DNA of 12,204 nt from a virus (taxonomy: Duplodnaviria > Heunggongvirae > Uroviricota > Caudoviricetes > Schitoviridae). The stretch is taken from IMG/VR virus record IMGVR_UViG_2228664000_000024, positions 1 through 12,204 of that record, one strand, 5' to 3'. Below, in pieces: positions 6,600-12,204 of this stretch (positions are counted from its first letter, which is position 1; each line of letters begins with the position of its first letter). Position numbers and translations under genes: made by a program. The notes below the pieces were generated by a model that had not been told where the DNA came from, searched no databases, and saw only the letters and a list, made by a program, of their open reading frames with translations.

Positions 6600-7170
6600 A
6601 GGGTTACGTATCCTCGGTGCAGATCCCTCATTTAGTAACTGGGGATTAGCTCAGGGTATATACGACCCGGTTACGTCCAAACTAACCATCACTGGTTTGG
6701 ATGTGATTAAGCCTGTCCTTAACAAGGATAAACAAACTCGCCAAAACTCAATGGACATAGAACGCTCTAAACAGCTTTCTAAGGGCTTCATTGATGCAAT
6801 AAGGCAGTCCGATGTAATAGCCGCAGAAATCCCCCACGGAAGCCAGTCAGCGAGAGCTATGGCATCTTATGGTGTGTGTATCGGCATACTCGGTATGGTT
6901 TGCAATATGCGTGTACCACTCATTCAGGTTAATGCTATTGAAACCAGAAAGGTTATCACTGGTAAGAAAGAGGCGACCAAAGCTCAGGCAATAGCCTGGG
7001 CAATGGCTAAACATCCTGAAGCGCCCTGGCCTATGAAGACCGTACAAGGCGTTACCTCTGTGGTAGAGGGAACTGCTGAACATATGGCAGATGCCATTGC
7101 AGCGATTTATGCAGCGATGGAAACTGACACATTCAAAACAATGGCTATGTTAGCCAAGAAGGAACAATAA
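6592..7170 (+). CDS. RuvC-like Holliday junction resolvase
   Basis: RNase H-fold motifs ILGADPSFSNWG (D), IAAEIP (E) and HMADAIAAIYA (D..D-A-x-A). The likely start is ATG 6592 (GGTGA at 6582-6586), giving 192 aa and overlapping the upstream stop. Confidence 0.85.
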   Translation: MPKGLRILGADPSFSNWGLAQGIYDPVTSKLTITGLDVIKPVLNKDKQTRQNSMDIERSKQLSKGFIDAIRQSDVIAAEIPHGSQSARAMASYGVCIGILGMVCNMRVPLIQVNAIETRKVITGKKEATKAQAIAWAMAKHPEAPWPMKTVQGVTSVVEGTAEHMADAIAAIYAAMETDTFKTMAMLAKKEQ

Positions 7171-7171
7171 A

Positions 7172-7894
7172 GTGATCGTTACTCTAAATCGTGATGAAGT
7201 GCTCAGCCTGGTAAAAAAACAACTGTGGCGTTTCGGTGTCAATATCAGTGATATCGAAGGGGAAGAAAATGTTTCCCTGAACGCTGAAATTGGTTTTATC
7301 AATGGCGATCTGGCTGTAGTTATCGGTGTTAACGAAGAGATCCCAGAAGATCTTCTCGATAACGAAGAACTGCATGATGCGTCTGTCGATGAAGATACCA
7401 CTGAGCAGGTAGCTCAGAATGCTGGTAAACCAGCTAAAGGTGGTAAGCGTCGTAAACGTCGTACCCGTGCGGAGATCGAAGCCGATGAAGCAAAAGCTAA
7501 ACAAGCAGCAGAAGCTGAGCAACAGCCTGAAACGGCTAAGCAAACCGAAGCAGAAGCCCCGAACGAAGTCGGCGCTGAAGCTGAAGAAACGCAAGCCGAT
7601 CAAAACCTGGCAGCCGAACCTGAAGAAACGGCAGATAAAGCAGAAGCGGTTGAAGCTCAGGCTGAAGTTGCTGAAGCAGCAGCAGATGAACCAAATTTGT
7701 TCGTTGATGCAGAACCAGCCACAGCAGGCGGCGTAGATCCTGAACCGGAGCCAACGGCTAATCCGTTCCCGGTTGATGAAGACGAAAATCTGTTTGCAGA
7801 CAGTCCGGCTGAAACCAAGCCAGTAGTCGAAACTGAAGAAGGCTTTGCTAAGCCTAAAGAAGACGACGACGACGCGATCAACCTGTTCGCGTAA
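7172..7894 (+). CDS. Acidic, Glu/Ala-rich, probably largely disordered protein with a central basic patch
   Basis: GTG start after AAGGAA (7159-7164). A short, probably folded N-terminus is followed by KGGKRRKRRTRAEIEA (nt ~7440-7483), a long E/A/P tract and a C-terminus DDDDAINLFA. Confidence 0.8.
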   Translation: MIVTLNRDEVLSLVKKQLWRFGVNISDIEGEENVSLNAEIGFINGDLAVVIGVNEEIPEDLLDNEELHDASVDEDTTEQVAQNAGKPAKGGKRRKRRTRAEIEADEAKAKQAAEAEQQPETAKQTEAEAPNEVGAEAEETQADQNLAAEPEETADKAEAVEAQAEVAEAAADEPNLFVDAEPATAGGVDPEPEPTANPFPVDEDENLFADSPAETKPVVETEEGFAKPKEDDDDAINLFA

Positions 7895-7903
7895 GGCGGT
7901 GTA

Positions 7904-8086
7904 ATGATATCCAAAGTCTTATGTTGGATTTTGGGTATCACTCTTGCAATTCTTTTCATGGGCGTGATATTTGCCATAAACATTCTGGTTCGATTGTTAG
8001 CGATAGCAATACCAGTATTTTTAATTGGTGGTGTCATAGCCTATGCGTTGCATGAGTCTATCCAAAATAAGAAGCCTCCCGAATAG
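7904..8086 (+). CDS. Small membrane protein with two predicted transmembrane helices (60 aa)
   Basis: RBS-like AAGGCGGTG upstream. Two hydrophobic stretches (about residues 5-28 and 31-49) are separated by R and followed by a charged C-terminus HESIQNKKPPE. Confidence 0.7.
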   Translation: MISKVLCWILGITLAILFMGVIFAINILVRLLAIAIPVFLIGGVIAYALHESIQNKKPPE

Positions 8087-8101
8087 GGAGGCTTTTTTAT
8101 T
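8066..8101. terminator. Bidirectional Rho-independent terminator between convergent transcription units
   Basis: AATAAG-AAGCCTCCC-GAATA-GGGAGGCTT-TTTTATT: a 9-bp perfect core stem, a T-tract on +, and CTTATTTT on the - side. It sits between the TAG at 8084-8086 (+) and the TAA at 8100-8102 (-). Confidence 0.88.
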
Positions 8102-11100
8102 AGAACATGTTACTCATCAGTTTAATCGGTAGTGGCTGAGTTACAGCCCCCGGCAACTGGAGTACACCACTTGCGAACGGATCACCAAAGCCAGTAAAGA
8201 TGTTAGGCTCCAGTGCTGATGGTGCGTTAGTGAATCGGGAAACCAGTACCGATTGAGCCAGTGCTGAACCCGGACGTTCTTTCATCAGGGTAAGCATCGC
8301 ACGTTGGATACGCAGACGGTACTTAGTAAACATCATCACACCAATGTCATTCAGATACTGCAATTCAGCAGAGGTCGGAATGTCATAGTTAACGAACGCA
8401 TCACTTGCACGCTGGATTGCTTCATCGTGGTTTAACTTACGATCAGCTTTTTCCATGCTGTACTTGTAGAGCACATATTTAGAGGTAAAGTCACCGAACT
8501 GTGCCGTATTGCTCAGGAATTTGTAGAGCGGAGTATCTTTGGATACAAACGCCCACTTAGCCGCAGTACGTACAGAAGCCGGGATTTTATCAGTCACACC
8601 AGATACTTTACGCTGTAAGCCAGACGCATACGTATAACTAGTATCAGACGTATCCACATCATCAACGATGCTAGGCATAGTACCTGCTTCGATGAAGTCC
8701 TTGATAGGGTTACGTGCAATCTGATCCACAAGCTGAATGATACGTTGCTCAAGCTCATTGAAGTCACCTAAACCTGCACGTTGTTGCTGTTGGTATTTCA
8801 GCAGCAGAGCAGTGTTTTTACGGTAGCTCAAACCAGCCTGTAAAGCAGTCTTCGTATCACGCACGATATCAGTCGGTGATACACCGTAGGCTTTCAGCAA
8901 TGCTACGTTACCCAGAAGGTTACGCATCAGTGTGCTTACGTTACGGAGCACGATGATATCTTTGAACAGTGCCATGCCTTCCTGTGCTGCACGTTCAGTC
9001 TGTACAGCCACACGTTTAGCATCTTTGCCAGACAAGGCAGAGAAAACGGAGGTTGCTAAAGACTCGGCCATATTGCGATCCATTGCATCTTTGTCAAAGG
9101 CATTTGCCACAGTCAGCTTACGGAAACCAAACACGAGGTTTACCAAATCACTACGAACCTGTAATGGTTCACCTGCACCCCAAATCTCCTGTGCTTCATA
9201 CCGGGTTTGTTCCGGGAGCATAGCCCAAATTTCTCTGGCGCGAGCATCCTTCGACATTGGCCCGATAGCTACATAGCGTTCTGGTGCAACAGCGTAATTT
9301 GATTTGAAGTCCTCGTGAAGGGCTTCCATAACAACCCGGTTTTGAGTCGGGCTGTTTTGTTTATCAAAAGTCTGACCTGCATACTGACCCAACAGGTGAG
9401 CAAAATCGTTATTCCGATCCAGCAAAGTGTCACGATTAACGTGTTGCATCTCATACTGGAAGTCCATGATGCGTCCATCAGTACCGAACACCGGAATCAT
9501 ATAAGTGTCTTTTACTTCAGCCGGATCAAACTTCGAAGCATCCATTTTGGCTCGACGCTGTGCAGCAGCATAAACGGCTTTGCGTCCATCGGCTACTGTC
9601 GCACCTTGTGCCTTCTGGTAGTTTTGGTTTCGTACAGCGGTAGTTCCTTTACGATGGTTGCTGGTTAAGCTCATCGCACCGGACACATAACGCTGTGATC
9701 CATTATCCTGAGTAACATACATGGCTTTCTGGCCTAAGCTTGGGATAGTCGGATCAGTTGGAACCATGCCCACAAACTGATAGCCCATTGCCTCAAGCTC
9801 CGCACCTTCGCCCTTATCTACGATCTTAACATCACGATATGGGTTGGTTACTTCAGGGATATAGCCTTTAATCCGCGAGATCTCGTTATCAGCGAACAGA
9901 GTAGAAGCTGCATCCTCAGACAGTACCTTATGCACATTGAGCATTGCCTTAATACCATTGTCCTGGTTTGGCATCTCACGTTTCATCACAGCAGCAGTTC
10001 GCTGTAAGTGCTCTGGGTTGGAATATTGCATGGCATACAGAGAAGCCAGGTTATCAATAGACTCCACAATGGCACCGGAGCGATCTGGTAATGCAGTGGT
10101 AACGTAATGAGTACCAGCCCCAGAAGCAATGGCCTGAGCATTCTTAGCCATACCTGGGATGGTAGCTTTACCAGTCACCATGTAATAGCCGAGTGCTTTA
10201 GCGCGAATAACCATATCATTACCATTAGGCTGAGTCAGTAAGGATTTCTCCAGTTTACCGATCTCTGCCTTACGGCTACGACCATCACTGACGAACTTCT
10301 GTACATCATCAAGGCTATAGCTGTTAAGCAGCGAGTGAGCCTCTGTACGCATCAGAGTGTAAGTCAGGGCAGTCTTATCATCTTCGGTCAGGTACTTACC
10401 TGAATCCTGGAACATCTCCATTACATTGCCACGGGTAATCTCAGCAAGGTTACGGCGACGTTGTTCAATCAGGTTAGTGTGACGTTGCAGTGATTCAAAC
10501 GCACTACGTACCTTATCTGGATTAGAGATATCGGACAGGATCTGAGCAGCCCAACCATCTTCAGTATTAGGGTTATTCAGGTCACGCATCTGACGCAGAG
10601 TTTCACCTACACGATCCAAATCACGCTTAGCAGCCAGTCGGGTAACCGATCCAGCAAAGCGAACGATTGGAGAACGTGAGTTCTTAATCAGGTCAGTATC
10701 AGCAGTGGCGTGAACACCATCCATTACTTTACGGCCTACAGCTTCACCGAGGTCAGACATATAAGTAAATGCTTCTTCAACTTTACCCATAGACTTATCA
10801 CGGTTCTTGAGGTCAATCTCAACAAGCTGTTCTGCCAGTGCCTGAGCTTTCTGGTTTACCAGTTGGCCTTCGTTGGTACGTGACAGGAAGCCAGATGCCC
10901 AGTTAACCGCGTGGCTAAGATACGCAGCAGCTTTCTCGAAGTTAGACTTCGGAGTAGTGCTATCAGCGATCTTAGTAGTGAAGCCCATCAGTTTACTGGT
11001 TTCTTCATGGCCTAACGTCATAGCCACAAACTGAGACAAGTAACGGTTCTGCCCGGTCTGGGATGGAGTCAGAGTAAACAGGTGATCCCATTTACGCTGT

Positions 11101-12204
11101 GCTGCATCTTTCTCAGCCTGAGTAGCCTTAGACCAGTCACCATTGTGGAAGTCTTTAGGCTGGATCTTCTGGCGAGCAGCTTCCCAGGATTTACGGAGTT
11201 CACGGTTAACCGCAGTACCAAAACCAGAGTTCAGAGAAGCAGCAACCGCTGTCTCAATGGACTCAATAGCAAATGCTTCCTGGTCTGTCATGTGGAAGCC
11301 TGCACCCAGAGCTTTGGTGGTGTATGGTGCTTTGCCTGTTGCCAGCGCATTAGCCCACACCTGACCTGGAGTGTAGTTATTGGTATTAGCAGTCAGTTCA
11401 CTTGGAACCTGGCTAAACAGTTTATCCGATACATTATCAATCACTTTACCTAAATTACTGGTAAAGGCTGGATCGTTCTTCTTACCGTTAGAGGATGAAG
11501 CCAGTGAATCGAATACCTGACGATGGCTGTATTGCCCTACGGCCTGAGCAGACTTCGCAGAGGAAGCCATAGGCAGGTTAAGGGATACATCACCACCCTG
11601 AGTATTGGATGCCTGGATCAGTTCAGCCGTATCCATAATCAGAGCTTCAGTAGCACTGAATTTCTGAGCATTAGGCTTACGCCCAACAAAGGCATAAACA
11701 GCGTTCAGCACATTGGTAGCGAACTCGCTAAACAGTGTGGTTAAACGCTTACGGCTACGGTTACCAACAGAGGTTTGTACACCGTCCAGGAATTGCTGGA
11801 AGCGTGGGTTAGTCATACCCCAGGAAACCAGTTCATCCACATTACGGACTGCCGGAGCAAACTCAGAGTAAGCAGGGTTGCTTTCTACCAGAGTTTTAAT
11901 CTCACCGTGCAGACCTTCCAGACGTGTCAGTACCTGAGCAACCGCAGAGTTACCTTTAGGATCACGACGTGCAGCGTCCAGAGCACGAGCAGTAGCAGCA
12001 TGGAGCATTTCATGCAGTACCACTTCTAAGCCCGGAGCTTCCGGCCCATCCATCTTAATGTTGACCTGATTAGTATTCTTATCAGAGTAGAACCATGCGC
12101 GAGCATTAGTATTCTGATCAGCACCCTTAACACCCTTCGGATTACTCGTACCGGAAATGATATTCACGGTAAGGTTATCCGGGAGTGCAGCAGACAACAC
12201 TTTA
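8100..12204 (-). CDS. Virion-encapsidated RNA polymerase (N4 gp50-like), C-terminal ~1367 aa, 5' truncated
   Basis: The frame stays open to the window edge (the codon upstream of the track's GTG is AAA). I find no Cys in the 1366-aa translation, an N4 vRNAP hallmark. The C-terminal AFVNYDIP...QYLNDIGVMMFTKYRLRIQR matches my recall of N4-like vRNAP ends, and it converges on the replication cluster as in N4. T7-like catalytic motifs are not in the window. Confidence 0.88.
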   Translation of the reverse strand, partial: KVLSAALPDNLTVNIISGTSNPKGVKGADQNTNARAWFYSDKNTNQVNIKMDGPEAPGLEVVLHEMLHAATARALDAARRDPKGNSAVAQVLTRLEGLHGEIKTLVESNPAYSEFAPAVRNVDELVSWGMTNPRFQQFLDGVQTSVGNRSRKRLTTLFSEFATNVLNAVYAFVGRKPNAQKFSATEALIMDTAELIQASNTQGGDVSLNLPMASSAKSAQAVGQYSHRQVFDSLASSSNGKKNDPAFTSNLGKVIDNVSDKLFSQVPSELTANTNNYTPGQVWANALATGKAPYTTKALGAGFHMTDQEAFAIESIETAVAASLNSGFGTAVNRELRKSWEAARQKIQPKDFHNGDWSKATQAEKDAAQRKWDHLFTLTPSQTGQNRYLSQFVAMTLGHEETSKLMGFTTKIADSTTPKSNFEKAAAYLSHAVNWASGFLSRTNEGQLVNQKAQALAEQLVEIDLKNRDKSMGKVEEAFTYMSDLGEAVGRKVMDGVHATADTDLIKNSRSPIVRFAGSVTRLAAKRDLDRVGETLRQMRDLNNPNTEDGWAAQILSDISNPDKVRSAFESLQRHTNLIEQRRRNLAEITRGNVMEMFQDSGKYLTEDDKTALTYTLMRTEAHSLLNSYSLDDVQKFVSDGRSRKAEIGKLEKSLLTQPNGNDMVIRAKALGYYMVTGKATIPGMAKNAQAIASGAGTHYVTTALPDRSGAIVESIDNLASLYAMQYSNPEHLQRTAAVMKREMPNQDNGIKAMLNVHKVLSEDAASTLFADNEISRIKGYIPEVTNPYRDVKIVDKGEGAELEAMGYQFVGMVPTDPTIPSLGQKAMYVTQDNGSQRYVSGAMSLTSNHRKGTTAVRNQNYQKAQGATVADGRKAVYAAAQRRAKMDASKFDPAEVKDTYMIPVFGTDGRIMDFQYEMQHVNRDTLLDRNNDFAHLLGQYAGQTFDKQNSPTQNRVVMEALHEDFKSNYAVAPERYVAIGPMSKDARAREIWAMLPEQTRYEAQEIWGAGEPLQVRSDLVNLVFGFRKLTVANAFDKDAMDRNMAESLATSVFSALSGKDAKRVAVQTERAAQEGMALFKDIIVLRNVSTLMRNLLGNVALLKAYGVSPTDIVRDTKTALQAGLSYRKNTALLLKYQQQQRAGLGDFNELEQRIIQLVDQIARNPIKDFIEAGTMPSIVDDVDTSDTSYTYASGLQRKVSGVTDKIPASVRTAAKWAFVSKDTPLYKFLSNTAQFGDFTSKYVLYKYSMEKADRKLNHDEAIQRASDAFVNYDIPTSAELQYLNDIGVMMFTKYRLRIQRAMLTLMKERPGSALAQSVLVSRFTNAPSALEPNIFTGFGDPFASGVLQLPGAVTQPLPIKLMSNMF

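Noticed and set aside
7500-7690. Recurring GCTGAAG/GCAGAAG units as a DNA repeat array
   Set aside because: They are irregular and fully explained by Ala-Glu low-complexity coding; there is no fixed period or unique spacers.
7419-7736. Very basic 105-aa alternative-frame ORF inside the acidic gene
   Set aside because: It is a frame-shift shadow of GAA/GCT-rich codons (read as AAG/CTG, giving K/L), with no convincing RBS or slippery site.
7904-8086. Calling the 2-TM protein the holin
   Set aside because: The topology is compatible, but no lysis genes are adjacent and N4-like lysis cassettes lie in the late region; kept as an unknown membrane protein.
8932-12029. Several + strand ORFs of 69-123 aa antisense to the vRNAP, and other short shadow ORFs across the window (e.g. 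1339-1830, 4196-4624, 4902-5312, 7184-7603)
   Set aside because: They overlap well-supported genes on the other strand or frame, lack RBS or motifs, and have non-protein-like composition.
1-12204. tRNA/rRNA genes, introns, inteins, IS elements, stop-codon reassignment, GATC avoidance
   Set aside because: Intergenic gaps are too short for RNA genes. No intein or intron boundary motifs were seen. TAA, TGA and TAG all end genes at sensible places, and GATC (including GGATCC) occurs repeatedly.

Overview
The window is a fragment of an N4-like phage genome (Schitoviridae-type layout). The + strand (1-8086) is a tightly packed replication/recombination cluster. In order it encodes the tail of an HTH-like protein, a DUF3310-like protein, a RecB/Cas4-family nuclease, an ATPase-primase fusion, two small accessory ORFs, a Sak4-like ATPase, a free-standing HNH-AP2 endonuclease, an N4-type SSB, a hypothetical protein, a RuvC-like resolvase, an acidic low-complexity protein and a 2-TM membrane protein. 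This cluster converges at a bidirectional terminator on the 3' ~1367 codons of the giant virion RNA polymerase gene (- strand, truncated by the window edge, catalytic core not in view). Main points for follow-up: (i) a repeated N-L-F motif shared by the SSB tail and the acidic protein; (ii) a zincin-like HExxH...E motif in the Cys-free vRNAP C-terminal region; (iii) a 43-aa His/Trp-rich ORF absent from the ORF track, beside a 70-aa accessory domain; (iv) a nuclease with its four Cys rearranged; (v) a candidate nuclease-annealase-SSB-resolvase module. All family calls come from motif recognition by eye; no database search was run.
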